Shown here piece by piece: positions 26,593 through 36,231 of a DNA stretch of 58,418 nt (position 1 is the first letter of the stretch; each line of letters begins with the position of its first letter). The notes below the pieces were generated by a model, which ran no database searches, was not told the origin of the DNA, and saw only the letters and a list, made by a program, of their open reading frames with translations. Origin of the DNA: an uncultured Eubacteriales bacterium (GTDB taxonomy: Bacteria; Bacillota; Clostridia; Peptostreptococcales; Anaerovoracaceae); the NCBI GenBank assembly GCA_902788245.1, contig CADAJM010000001.1:1-58418 (forward strand), given 5' to 3'. Both the position numbers and the translations under genes were made by a program.

Positions 26593-27764
26593 ACGAAAAA
26601 GCAGTAAAGAAAAACATTTTGAAGAATCCGTCCTTCCAGGCGATCCTTACATCACTCATATGTATCGTAATCGGACTTCTGATCGGATACATCGTACTGC
26701 TGCTGATCAACCCGGCAGGTGCGGGAGAGGCCATCAAGACCATCATCCTGAACTTCCTGTCGCGTTCAAGCTCCGCAGCTCAGATGAAGGCCCTCGGTAA
26801 CACGATGGCCAAGACAGCGCCGCTGCTGATGTGCGCACTTTCAATCTGTTTCTGCTACAAGGTAGGACTGTTCAACATCGGTGCTGCCGGACAGTACGAG
26901 GCAGGCGCATGCTTCGGACTTTATGCAGCTCTCGCATGGCATATGCCATGGTTCGTCTGCCTGATAGTTGCAGCTATCGCAGGTGCTGTAATCGGAGCTA
27001 TCTCCGGAGCGCTCAAAGCGTACAGAAACGTTAACGAAGTAATTTCCGGCATCATGCTCAACTGGATAATGCTTTATCTGACCAACATGATGCTCAACAA
27101 AGTTAAAGACCCTACGAGCCCTTACACGATGAAACTCTCATCGACCAACAAGGGCGCACTCATCCCTATGGCAGGACTCAACACACTGTTTGCCAACAAC
27201 AAAACAGTAACGCTTGCGGTTCCTCTGGCCATCATCTTCGCCATACTGATTTGGGTAATTCTTTCCAAAACCAAGTTCGGATATGAGCTGAAGGCTACGG
27301 GATACAACAAAGAAGCCGCAATGTATGCGGGCATGAAAGAAAAGCAGAATATCATCGTAACGCTGGCAATCGGCGGAGCCCTCGCAGGCGTCGGTGCTGC
27401 ATTCCTCTTCCTGACCGGTTATCAGGAATGGTCCACGACTCAGACCTCGGTACCGGGCATGGGATTCAACGGAATCGCCGCGACCTTCCTCGGAGGACTT
27501 CATCCGATAGGAACGATATTCGCATCGTTCTTCATCCAGTCGATTACGGACGGAGGCGCTCTGATAGACAAGTCGGTTTATCCGTCGCAGATCTCCGACC
27601 TGATATCCTCGCTCATCATCTATCTCTGCGGATTCGTTCTCTTCTTCAAGCATATTCTTAACACTGCTGTAAGCAAGAGAGACACGGGAGGCCCGAACGT
27701 TAACGACGTTCCTGTAGAGCCTATCGCAGACAAAGATGACAAAAAAGAAGGAGGTGACAAGTAA
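26589..27764 (+). CDS. ABC transporter permease
   Basis: 391-aa polytopic ORF that overlaps the ATPase stop. BPD-transporter type 2-like. Confidence 0.88.
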   Translation: MNEKAVKKNILKNPSFQAILTSLICIVIGLLIGYIVLLLINPAGAGEAIKTIILNFLSRSSSAAQMKALGNTMAKTAPLLMCALSICFCYKVGLFNIGAAGQYEAGACFGLYAALAWHMPWFVCLIVAAIAGAVIGAISGALKAYRNVNEVISGIMLNWIMLYLTNMMLNKVKDPTSPYTMKLSSTNKGALIPMAGLNTLFANNKTVTLAVPLAIIFAILIWVILSKTKFGYELKATGYNKEAAMYAGMKEKQNIIVTLAIGGALAGVGAAFLFLTGYQEWSTTQTSVPGMGFNGIAATFLGGLHPIGTIFASFFIQSITDGGALIDKSVYPSQISDLISSLIIYLCGFVLFFKHILNTAVSKRDTGGPNVNDVPVEPIADKDDKKEGGDK

Positions 27765-28705
27765 TGGTATTATTGATTCAATACACTGTTATATTCGCCT
27801 CGGTACTTTGCCTCGTAGCACTTGGCGGATGTTTCTCGGAACACTCCGGAGTTATCAACCTCGGTCTTGAAGGAATCATGGTAATGGGCGCCCTCGGCGG
27901 TGCGGTTACGATGTTCCTCCTGCCTGCAGGTACATCCAAAATAGTAATAGTTGTTGCGACAACGCTCGCTGCTATTCTCATCGGAATGATCTACTCCTGC
28001 TTGCTCGCAGTTGCAAGTATCAACTTCAACGCCGACCAGACTCTGATCGGTACGGCCATGAACCTCTTGGCTACTGCAGCAGCTACTGTATTTGTAAGAG
28101 CGATGAACACGTCCATCAACCCGGACAACGTATCCTCCACAATCCAGTACATCCAGGAGAAAAAAGCATTCCTTAAGTATGTAGGCAAATTCGAATTCAA
28201 CTGGTTCATGCTTATGGCAGTCATACTGCTGGTAGTCTCCTACTTCATCCTGTACAAGACGAAGTTCGGACTCAGACTCCAGGCCTGCGGTGAGAACCCA
28301 CAGGCTGCGGACTCCGTAGGTATCAACGTATACAAGATGCGCTGGGCAGGCGTACTGATCTCGGGCTTCCTCGGAGGTCTCGGAGGCATCGTATATATCA
28401 CAGCCGGCGTATCCGAGTGGAAATTCGAGATGGGTGTTGCGGGCTTCGGCTTCCTGGCACTCGCCGTAATGATCTTCGGTCAGTGGAGACCGACCAAGAT
28501 CGCTCTGGCAGCCCTGCTGTTCGGACTCTTCCGTGCCCTGTCCAATGTATACACAGGTATCGGATTCCTCGCAGCACTTCACATACCGAGCACGGTATAC
28601 AACATGCTGCCGTACATTATCTCAATCATAGTTCTGGCATTCACATCCAAGAACTCCAGAGCGCCTAAGGCAGAGGGTATCCCTTACGACAAAGGCATGA
28701 GATAA
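27764..28705 (+). CDS. ABC transporter permease
   Basis: 313-aa polytopic ORF, start-stop coupled to the preceding permease. Confidence 0.88.
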   Translation: MVLLIQYTVIFASVLCLVALGGCFSEHSGVINLGLEGIMVMGALGGAVTMFLLPAGTSKIVIVVATTLAAILIGMIYSCLLAVASINFNADQTLIGTAMNLLATAAATVFVRAMNTSINPDNVSSTIQYIQEKKAFLKYVGKFEFNWFMLMAVILLVVSYFILYKTKFGLRLQACGENPQAADSVGINVYKMRWAGVLISGFLGGLGGIVYITAGVSEWKFEMGVAGFGFLALAVMIFGQWRPTKIALAALLFGLFRALSNVYTGIGFLAALHIPSTVYNMLPYIISIIVLAFTSKNSRAPKAEGIPYDKGMR

Positions 28706-28720
28706 TTCTCAAAGCATCAT

Positions 28721-28750
28721 AAAAGCAGCCGTTTATGAGCGGCTGCTTTT
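28721..28750. terminator. Bidirectional terminator between the permease gene and deoB
   Basis: 11-bp stem aaaagcagccg (28721-28731) / cggctgctttt (28740-28750). Confidence 0.7.
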
Positions 28751-28763
28751 TAGTGCGATTATA

Positions 28764-29924
28764 TTAAACAATTTCGTTCAGGAAAGACGATCCATCGCCG
28801 CGGTATGCGATGCCGAAGTAGTCGGCGATAGTCGCGCCCATGTCGGCAAATGTATCGCGGGTTCCGAGATTGACATCCTTCTTGAGTTTCGCACCGTAGA
28901 CCAGGCAAGGCACGTCTTCTCTGGTGTGGTCTGTGCCCGTGTATCCCGGATCGCAGCCGTGGTCTGCGGTGATGATCAGGATATCATCGTCTCTTAGTTT
29001 TTCCATCAACTGTCCGAGCTGCACATCGAAGTCGCAGAGCGCCTGTGTGTATGCAGGCACGTCGCGCCTGTGTCCGTAGATCATATCCGTGTCTACGAGG
29101 TTGATGTAGCAGAGACCTTCAAAGTCCGAATCTGCGACGTCGAGCACTCGCTCCATATTCGCTGTGTTACCTTTATTTGGATAACTCAGCATTACGCTCT
29201 TGCCTGCGAATATGTCGTAGATCTTTCCTACTCCGATATTGAGGAAACCCTCGCTCTTAAGTGCGTCGAGCACTGTTTCGCGCGGAGGCTGCAGGCTGAA
29301 GTCATGACGCCTTACAGTCCTCTGGTACGGATGCTCGCCCTCAAAAGGTCTGGCGATAATCCGTCCCACTCCGTGCTCACCCTGCATTATCTCGCGGGCC
29401 TGCCTGCAATATTTATACAGGTCCTCGATAGGAACCACGTCTTCGTGCGCCGCGATCTGGAGCACGGAGTCCGCGCTCGTATATACGATGAGGGCGCCCG
29501 TCTCGACGTGTTCTTTTCCGTAATCCTTGATAACTTCCGTGCCCGAGTATGGTTTGTTGCAAATAATCTTGCGTCCCCATGCGGCTTCGAGCTTATCCAG
29601 GACGTCCTGTGGGAAGCCGTCAGGATATGTAGGAAGAGGACGAGGCGAAATCATGCCGGCCATCTCCCAGTGCCCTACTGTTGTGTCTTTACCCATGGAC
29701 TTTTCGTGCATGCGGCAGTAGCATCCGATTACATCGCTCTGCGGCGCGCGAAATGATGTGCCGTCTATGTTTGCAAGTCCAAGCTTCTCCAGGTGCGGCA
29801 CATTCATTTTACCGCTCTTGTAGCAGCTGCCGAGCGTATCGGACCCGGCATCACCGAAGTCCGCCGCGTCCGGCGCGCCGCCGAGACCCACGCTATCTAA
29901 TACTATCCAGAATACTCTTTTCAT
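28764..29924 (-). CDS. deoB: Phosphopentomutase
   Basis: 386 aa. MKRVFWIVLDSVGLG and ADHGCDP motifs. Confidence 0.93.
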   Translation of the reverse strand: MKRVFWIVLDSVGLGGAPDAADFGDAGSDTLGSCYKSGKMNVPHLEKLGLANIDGTSFRAPQSDVIGCYCRMHEKSMGKDTTVGHWEMAGMISPRPLPTYPDGFPQDVLDKLEAAWGRKIICNKPYSGTEVIKDYGKEHVETGALIVYTSADSVLQIAAHEDVVPIEDLYKYCRQAREIMQGEHGVGRIIARPFEGEHPYQRTVRRHDFSLQPPRETVLDALKSEGFLNIGVGKIYDIFAGKSVMLSYPNKGNTANMERVLDVADSDFEGLCYINLVDTDMIYGHRRDVPAYTQALCDFDVQLGQLMEKLRDDDILIITADHGCDPGYTGTDHTREDVPCLVYGAKLKKDVNLGTRDTFADMGATIADYFGIAYRGDGSSFLNEIV

Positions 29925-29946
29925 TTAACTTTACTCCTTGCGAATA

Positions 29947-30729
29947 CTAAAGCCCTTTTTTCTCATGCTTTATCATTTTTCTGATTGCTTCAATCGCTAC
30001 GCGAATGGCGAGATCCGTGTCGTGCTCCTGAGGATTCGGCAGTCCTGCCTTCTCTCTTTCCTGGTTGGCAACTGTCAGGAATACCGATCCGACGCGCACT
30101 CTGCGGTAAGCGCCGACTATAAACAGTGTGGCGGATTCCATCTCTGAGGCCTTGCATCCCAGTCTCAGCCAAGCTTCCCATTTGTTCAGGAGCTCGTAGC
30201 TGTTCGGCAGAGCCTCAGGCATGTGCTGTCCGTAGAAGGCGTCCTTGCACTGCACGACGCCCTGATGATAAGTTACGCCCATCTGCTGAGCGGCTCTTAC
30301 CAGAGCAGATGCTACGGTTACGTCCGCAACTGCCGGATACTCTATAGGAGCGTACTCCTTGGAAGTACCGTCCATACGAACCGCACCCGTTGCAATTACT
30401 ATATCTCCGCCTTTGACGTCGATGTCCATGCCGCCGCAGGTACCGACTCTGATAAATGTGTTAGCGCCTACGTTTACAAGCTCTTCAAGGGCAATTGACG
30501 CCGAAGGTCCGCCCACACCTGTCGAAGTACAACTTACTTTTACTCCGTCGAGGTAGCCTGTGTATGTGACATACTCACGACTGTCTGCGACTTTCTCTGC
30601 ATTATCGAAGTATGCCGCAATCTTCGGAACCCTGTGAGGGTCGCCCGGCAGGATTACGTATTCACCGACATCCCCCGGCTTAAGTCCAACGTGATATTGA
30701 TATCCCGCGCCTTCTGTATAATCTACCAT
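29947..30729 (-). CDS. udp: Uridine phosphorylase (PNP/UDP family)
   Basis: 260 aa. [34 protein letters not shown] and YEMESATL-like EMESATLF align by eye with E. coli Udp. Confidence 0.82.
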   Translation of the reverse strand: MVDYTEGAGYQYHVGLKPGDVGEYVILPGDPHRVPKIAAYFDNAEKVADSREYVTYTGYLDGVKVSCTSTGVGGPSASIALEELVNVGANTFIRVGTCGGMDIDVKGGDIVIATGAVRMDGTSKEYAPIEYPAVADVTVASALVRAAQQMGVTYHQGVVQCKDAFYGQHMPEALPNSYELLNKWEAWLRLGCKASEMESATLFIVGAYRRVRVGSVFLTVANQEREKAGLPNPQEHDTDLAIRVAIEAIRKMIKHEKKGL

Positions 30730-30787
30730 TTCGTTCTCCTTACTTGTTGTCTTTGCGTATCATAGTGCATTAGCTTCAGGGCAACTC

Positions 30788-31456
30788 TTAATAGCTGCCG
30801 TCATCCTTGAGGCCTTTAACAGCCTTGACGATTCTGCTCGTTCCGAGCCTTCTGGCGCCTATTTCTACATATTTGTCTGCATCCTCGAGTCCGGAAATTC
30901 CGCCTGAGGCTTTGACCTTGACGCCTTCTCCGACGTTTTTGACCATGAGCTCAACATCCTCGAATGTCGCTCCGCCACCTCCGAAACCGGTCGATGTTTT
31001 GATGAAGTCAGCACCGGCAAATGTGACGATCTCGCACATCTTGAGTTTCTCCTCTTCGGTCAGCATGCATGTCTCGATGATGACCTTGAGGATGTTATCT
31101 CCGCAAATTTCCTTGAGAGTTCTGATTTCGTTCTCGATATCATCCCATCTCTTGTCCTTGACCCAACCGATGTTGATTACCATATCGATCTCGTCCGCAC
31201 CATTGTCCAGAGCGTCGCTTGTCTCAAACGCTTTGGTGGCAGTGGTGTTGTAGCCGTGCGGGAAACCGATGACTGCACAGATTCTGACTCTCGATCCCGC
31301 ATACTCTCTGGCCTGAGCCACGTATGAAGGAGGAATGCAGACCGTCGCAGTCTCGTATTTGATACCGTCGTCGATTACGGCTTTTATGTCTTCCCATGTT
31401 GCTGCAGGTGCGAGCAGAGTATGGTCAACGTATCCGAGTATTTTCTTTATGTCCAT
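30788..31456 (-). CDS. deoC: Deoxyribose-phosphate aldolase
   Basis: 222 aa. VDHTLLAP, active-site context FIKTSTGF and KASGGI. Confidence 0.93.
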   Translation of the reverse strand: MDIKKILGYVDHTLLAPAATWEDIKAVIDDGIKYETATVCIPPSYVAQAREYAGSRVRICAVIGFPHGYNTTATKAFETSDALDNGADEIDMVINIGWVKDKRWDDIENEIRTLKEICGDNILKVIIETCMLTEEEKLKMCEIVTFAGADFIKTSTGFGGGGATFEDVELMVKNVGEGVKVKASGGISGLEDADKYVEIGARRLGTSRIVKAVKGLKDDGSY

Positions 31457-31571
31457 AATTCACCTCTTTTCGATTATGTGTTATTGTTTTGATTCCCCTA
31501 TATTATATACTATACGCCATTTTGGTGTATAATTTGTTCGAAGTTTTTCGAAGATTAATCAGGAGCAAATT

Positions 31572-32984
31572 ATGGCAGATACAATCGCGGCGATTTCAAC
31601 AGCGCCGGGTGAAGCAGGAATAGGAATAGTAAGGGTCAGCGGTCCGGGAAGTATGGACATCATGAAAAAGATCATGGAGAAGCGTCCGCCGGAGATTGAA
31701 CCGAGGCACATGTACCTGGCGGGAGTCGTCAAAGACAGCGACAATCCTCTCAGCGAGACCATAGACCAGGCCCTCTTTGCATACATGCAGGCTCCGGCCT
31801 CATATACCGGAGAGGACATGCTCGAGATACAGGCTCACGGCAGCGCGGTTTCTCTCAAGAAGATTCTCGAGGCCGTGCTCGACACAGGCATAGGAAACAT
31901 CCGCATGGCAGAGCCGGGCGAGTTCACCAAACTTGCATTTCTGAATGGAAAAATGGACCTCTCGCAAGCCGAGGCGGTAATAGACATTATCCAGGCCAAG
32001 AGCGATCTTTCCCTTGAAATTGCAGAGGCTCAGCACGAAGGAAGGCTCAGCGCCACAGTAAAAGAGATAAGAGAAACCCTGCTCGACATCCTGGCTGAGA
32101 TGGCCGTCGGCATCGACTACCCCGACGAGGATTATGAATTCGATGATGAGGGAGCAAACAGTGAACTCGTCAATAAGCTCAGATGGGTTCTATCCGACGT
32201 CGAGGACCTGCTCGATACTGCAGATATAGGAAGGATTGCAAGAGAGGGAGTCAAACTCGTAATAGTCGGCAAACCAAACGCCGGCAAGAGCTCACTCATG
32301 AATGCAATACTCGGTGAAGGCAGAGTAATCGTCACCGACGTACCGGGAACTACAAGAGATACTGTCGAAGAGAGCGCATCCCTCGGAGGCGTCCCTATCG
32401 TGCTCGTGGACACAGCCGGCATCAGAGAGACCGGAGACAAGGTAGAGAAAATAGGCGTCGAGAGAACCACCCAGGCCATAGCATCGGCGGACATGGTTCT
32501 TCTCGTGCTCGACGGAAGCCGTGAGCTCGACGAAGAGGATAATATGGTTCTCGGATATATAGAACACATGAGCCAGGAGCGCATGCTCGTGCTCATCAAT
32601 AAAGAAGATCTCGGCTCTTCCATCAGTGAAGAGACCGTCAGGGAGAAACTCCCGAACGTAAGGATAATCAAAACTTCGCTCATCGGACGCGGCGCAGCAG
32701 ACGCTGCCCGCAAGATATCCGAAGAGATAGGAGAAATATTCGAACTCGGCAGCATCAAAGCTTCGGAGATGAACATAATCACAAACGAGAGACATGTACA
32801 GATGCTCAAAAACGCAGTCATGAACCTCGACGAAGCCATTTCCATGCTGCAAAACGGAGAACCACTCGAGGTTGCAGAGTTGTCTGCGCATTACGCATAT
32901 GACTCACTCGGCAAGATAATCGGTGAGGAAGTCGGGGATGAAATACTCAACACGGTATTCAGCCGCTTCTGCCTCGGCAAGTAA
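31572..32984 (+). CDS. mnmE: tRNA modification GTPase MnmE
   Basis: 470 aa. DTIAAISTAPGEAGIGIVRVSG, G1 GKPNAGKSSL and C-terminal FCLGK. Confidence 0.95.
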   Translation: MADTIAAISTAPGEAGIGIVRVSGPGSMDIMKKIMEKRPPEIEPRHMYLAGVVKDSDNPLSETIDQALFAYMQAPASYTGEDMLEIQAHGSAVSLKKILEAVLDTGIGNIRMAEPGEFTKLAFLNGKMDLSQAEAVIDIIQAKSDLSLEIAEAQHEGRLSATVKEIRETLLDILAEMAVGIDYPDEDYEFDDEGANSELVNKLRWVLSDVEDLLDTADIGRIAREGVKLVIVGKPNAGKSSLMNAILGEGRVIVTDVPGTTRDTVEESASLGGVPIVLVDTAGIRETGDKVEKIGVERTTQAIASADMVLLVLDGSRELDEEDNMVLGYIEHMSQERMLVLINKEDLGSSISEETVREKLPNVRIIKTSLIGRGAADAARKISEEIGEIFELGSIKASEMNIITNERHVQMLKNAVMNLDEAISMLQNGEPLEVAELSAHYAYDSLGKIIGEEVGDEILNTVFSRFCLGK

Positions 32985-32995
32985 AACGGAAATAT

Positions 32996-34888
32996 ATGAT
33001 AGATAAAAAAGCTTTTGAAATTGTTGTTATCGGAGCCGGTCACGCGGGATGCGAGGCCGGTCTTGCTGCGGCCAGACTCGGTATGAAGACGGCCGTCTTT
33101 TGTACTAATCTCGAGTCAGTCGCCATGATGCCGTGCAACCCGTCCATCGGAGGCACGGGCAAAGGCCACCTCGTACGCGAGGTCGATGCGCTCGGCGGAG
33201 AGATGGGCATTAATATAGACAAGACTTTCATACAGTCCAAAATGCTCAATACCTCAAAGGGCCCGGCCGTGCACTCGCTGAGAGCCCAGGCGGACAAACA
33301 TCGCTACCATGATGAGATGCTCAAAACCTTGAAAAATCAAGAGAATCTCGACCTTATAGAAGCGGAGATAATCGACGTGCTGACCGACGACGAAGGTGCT
33401 GTATGCGGAGTTGTCACAGCCGAAGGAACTGAGATAGGCTGCAAAGCGCTCATCATATGCACGGGGACCTTCCTTGCGGGAAGGATATTCATAGGTGAGG
33501 AAGTAAAGGAATCGGGACCGGACGGACTCTCCCCTGCCACAACGCTTGCGGAAAGACTGAGAGCCAAAGGCTTCCCTATGAGGCGTTTCAAGACGGGAAC
33601 TCCTGCGAGGATGACAGCCGAAAGCCTTAATTACGAGGCGATGAAGGAACAGACCGGGGACGAGAGGATCGTGCCGTTCAGCTTCCTCAACGAAGACAAA
33701 GAATACGAAATGGATCAGATATCCTGCTGGCTCTCATATACAAATGAGGATACGCACAGGATAATCATGGATAATATAGAGAAATCCGCGATGTACTCGG
33801 GAAATATCGTCGGAGTCGGGCCGCGCTACTGCCCTTCCATCGAAGATAAAGTTTCGAGGTTCAGGGACAGGAAGCGCCACCAGCTCTTCGTTGAGCCGGA
33901 AGGACTTGATACCAATCTCATGTATATACAAGGCATGAGCTCGAGCCTGCCGCGAGACGTACAGAAAGATTTCTATTCCACGATACCCGGACTTGAAAAT
34001 GCGGAGATAGTAAAGCCAGCATATGCAATTGAGTATGATTGCATAGACCCGCTGTCTCTTAAACCAAGCCTTGAAAACAAAGAAGTTCCGGGACTTTTCT
34101 GCGCGGGACAGTTCAACGGAAGTTCGGGCTACGAAGAAGCTGCATCCCAAGGACTGATAGCGGGAATCAACGCAGTATGTAAATTAAAGGGCAAGTCCCC
34201 TCTCGTGCTCAGACGCGATCAGGCTTACATCGGAGTTCTTATCGATGACCTCGTGACAAAGGGCACGAATGAGCCATATAGGATAATGACATCGAGAGCC
34301 GAGTATCGCCTCCTCCTCCGTCAGGACAATGCCGACAGGAGGCTCACGGAGATAGGAAGAGAGTACGGATTGGTCACGGATGAGCGCTATGAGAGGTATT
34401 GCAAAAAGAAGGATAAAGTTGACGCGGAAGTCAAGCGTCTGAGGAATAAAAGAGTTGATATTTCAACGTTCAGAGCCTTCCTCGAAAGATGTGGAGAACT
34501 CCAGGCGGAGACAGCGTCGAACCAGACGTTTGCAGAGATGCTCGCAAGGCCGGGAGTAAGCTATGATGCCCTGGCAGAGATAGATGATGAAAGACCTGAG
34601 CTCGGACTCAATGAGAAGATAGAGGTCGAGGTCATACTCAAATACGACGGATATATCAAGAAACAGATAAACGAAGTTGAGAAGCTCCAAAATTTAGAGA
34701 ACAAACGTTTGAATGAGGGGCTTGATTACAACTCAATCAGCGGTCTGAGACTTGAAGCCAGGCAGAAACTCAGCGAGATCAGACCTCGCACTGTCGGTCA
34801 GGCTTCGAGAATTTCAGGCGTCTCCCCTGCTGATATCAACGTATTGCTCGTTTATCTGGAAAAGATGAGAAGAGAAGAAAAAGAATGA
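32996..34888 (+). CDS. mnmG: tRNA uridine 5-carboxymethylaminomethyl modification enzyme MnmG
   Basis: 630 aa. FAD-binding VIGAGHAGCEA and overall GidA pattern. Confidence 0.96.
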   Translation: MIDKKAFEIVVIGAGHAGCEAGLAAARLGMKTAVFCTNLESVAMMPCNPSIGGTGKGHLVREVDALGGEMGINIDKTFIQSKMLNTSKGPAVHSLRAQADKHRYHDEMLKTLKNQENLDLIEAEIIDVLTDDEGAVCGVVTAEGTEIGCKALIICTGTFLAGRIFIGEEVKESGPDGLSPATTLAERLRAKGFPMRRFKTGTPARMTAESLNYEAMKEQTGDERIVPFSFLNEDKEYEMDQISCWLSYTNEDTHRIIMDNIEKSAMYSGNIVGVGPRYCPSIEDKVSRFRDRKRHQLFVEPEGLDTNLMYIQGMSSSLPRDVQKDFYSTIPGLENAEIVKPAYAIEYDCIDPLSLKPSLENKEVPGLFCAGQFNGSSGYEEAASQGLIAGINAVCKLKGKSPLVLRRDQAYIGVLIDDLVTKGTNEPYRIMTSRAEYRLLLRQDNADRRLTEIGREYGLVTDERYERYCKKKDKVDAEVKRLRNKRVDISTFRAFLERCGELQAETASNQTFAEMLARPGVSYDALAEIDDERPELGLNEKIEVEVILKYDGYIKKQINEVEKLQNLENKRLNEGLDYNSISGLRLEARQKLSEIRPRTVGQASRISGVSPADINVLLVYLEKMRREEKE

Positions 34889-35541
34889 CAGCAAGCGAAG
34901 AAGCACGCAATTACATAGAGGAACTAAAAAGGACCCGAGGAGAAGAGACCGCAGACAAACTCCTCTCCTATATTGATATGGTGCTCGAAAGAAACGAGCA
35001 CATCAACCTGACTGCCATCAGGGACAGAGATGAGGCTATCATAAAGCATCTCGCAGACTCCCTTACGATTTCCGAGCTCCCTGAATTCTGGGATGCACAG
35101 AACATCATCGACGTAGGAACGGGTGCAGGATTTCCGGGCGCACTCCTTGCAATTGCATGCCCGGAAAAGAATTTCGTGCTTCTCGATTCAACCCGCAAAA
35201 GACTCAGAGTAATCGACGAGTTCGCAGAGGCTCTGGGCATATCCAATCTTATGACAGTACATGCGAGAGCGGAGGAAGCTAACAGACAGGAGCTGCACGA
35301 GAGCTTCGATCTTTGCGTCTCCAGAGCTGTTGCAAACCTGACCACCCTTTCCGGCTGGTGCCTTCCGTTCGTCCGCAAGGACGGCGCGTTCGTAGCTTAC
35401 AAAGGCGAGAACTACGCCGAAGAACTCGAAGCCGCCTCCCCTACCATCTCCAAACTCGGCGCCTCTTTTGATCGCGCCGTCCCTGCCGATTCAGGCTTCG
35501 ACTCCATAAAGGACCACGTCCTTCTCGTAATCCGTAAGTAA
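34885..35541 (+). CDS. rsmG: 16S rRNA (guanine527-N7)-methyltransferase RsmG
   Basis: 218 aa. DVGTGAGFPG SAM motif. Canonical position after mnmG. Confidence 0.9.
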   Translation: MTASEEARNYIEELKRTRGEETADKLLSYIDMVLERNEHINLTAIRDRDEAIIKHLADSLTISELPEFWDAQNIIDVGTGAGFPGALLAIACPEKNFVLLDSTRKRLRVIDEFAEALGISNLMTVHARAEEANRQELHESFDLCVSRAVANLTTLSGWCLPFVRKDGAFVAYKGENYAEELEAASPTISKLGASFDRAVPADSGFDSIKDHVLLVIRK

Positions 35542-35557
35542 CGTTTCACGTGAAACA
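35542..35557. promoter_or_regulatory. parS site (15/16 match to TGTTNCACGTGAAACA)
   Basis: cGTTTCACGTGAAACA begins one nt after the rsmG stop codon. Confidence 0.72.
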
Positions 35558-35564
35558 ATTAAAG

Positions 35565-35771
35565 GACGCCTTGGAAGCAGTCTTCGTCTCGAGTCCTCGA
35601 AAGTCCGAGACTCAAACCGCTTCATCGATTTTCCAAGCTCGACCGGGAATTCCGCTCTCTCGTCAGGCTCGATCGCTCCAGTTCCCGGCTCTCGTTTCGC
35701 CGTCAAATCGCTGCTTCGGTGAGTCTCTGAACTTCCTGCGGAATTCTCGACTCAGACTCTTCCAAGCCGTC
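35565..35771. repeat. Long imperfect palindrome (~207 nt) between the two parS sites
   Basis: The closing arms gacgccttggaag (35565-35577) / cttccaagccgtc (35759-35771) pair 12/13. Nested complementary blocks: agtct/agact, gagactca/tgagtctc, cgattt/aaatcg and ccggga (35643-35648)/tcccgg (35683-35688). The centre is near 35666. Confidence 0.65.
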
Positions 35772-35784
35772 TACATATCCGAAA

Positions 35785-35800
35785 TGTTCCACGTGAAACA
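35785..35800. promoter_or_regulatory. parS site (16/16 match)
   Basis: TGTTCCACGTGAAACA. Confidence 0.85.
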
Positions 35801-36231
35801 ATTTTACGAAAAAGGAAGAAACATGAAAGCGAGCGAGATGATCGCCGAAGCGAGACTTGCGAGTGAGCTGTGGCAGCTGCACCGTCGTAGCGAGAGACGA
35901 GCGGCTGGCGCTGCGAAGCTGAAGCTTCCTCTAAACAAAAAGAAGTTCAGATGAGAGCGGCCCCGCAAGACCGAGCGGAGAAAGGATGCAATGCCCAGCG
36001 AGGGAGCCGTCGAGCTGAGGCGAACATCTCACTCGCACTTTGTTGCTTACCGACTACATGTTGTGGGTCGGGATGCGCGCAGATACAAGTTGTGCGATGT
36101 TCCTTTTTTAGACCAGCAAAAACACCCAAACTACACAAATTCAGCACATTATAAAGTAGAAAACTACACACTTTTGTTGTAAAATATGCGGAAGTGTTTA
36201 ATCGGGCATTATGTCCCGTAGGAGGTATTAG

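Noticed and set aside
35550-35954. 134-aa plus-strand ORF spanning the parS sites and the palindrome
   Set aside because: It has no RBS, and it reads through both parS sites and a hairpin-forming palindrome. Its translation is Ser/Arg/Leu-rich with no recognisable fold. I treated the region as non-coding.
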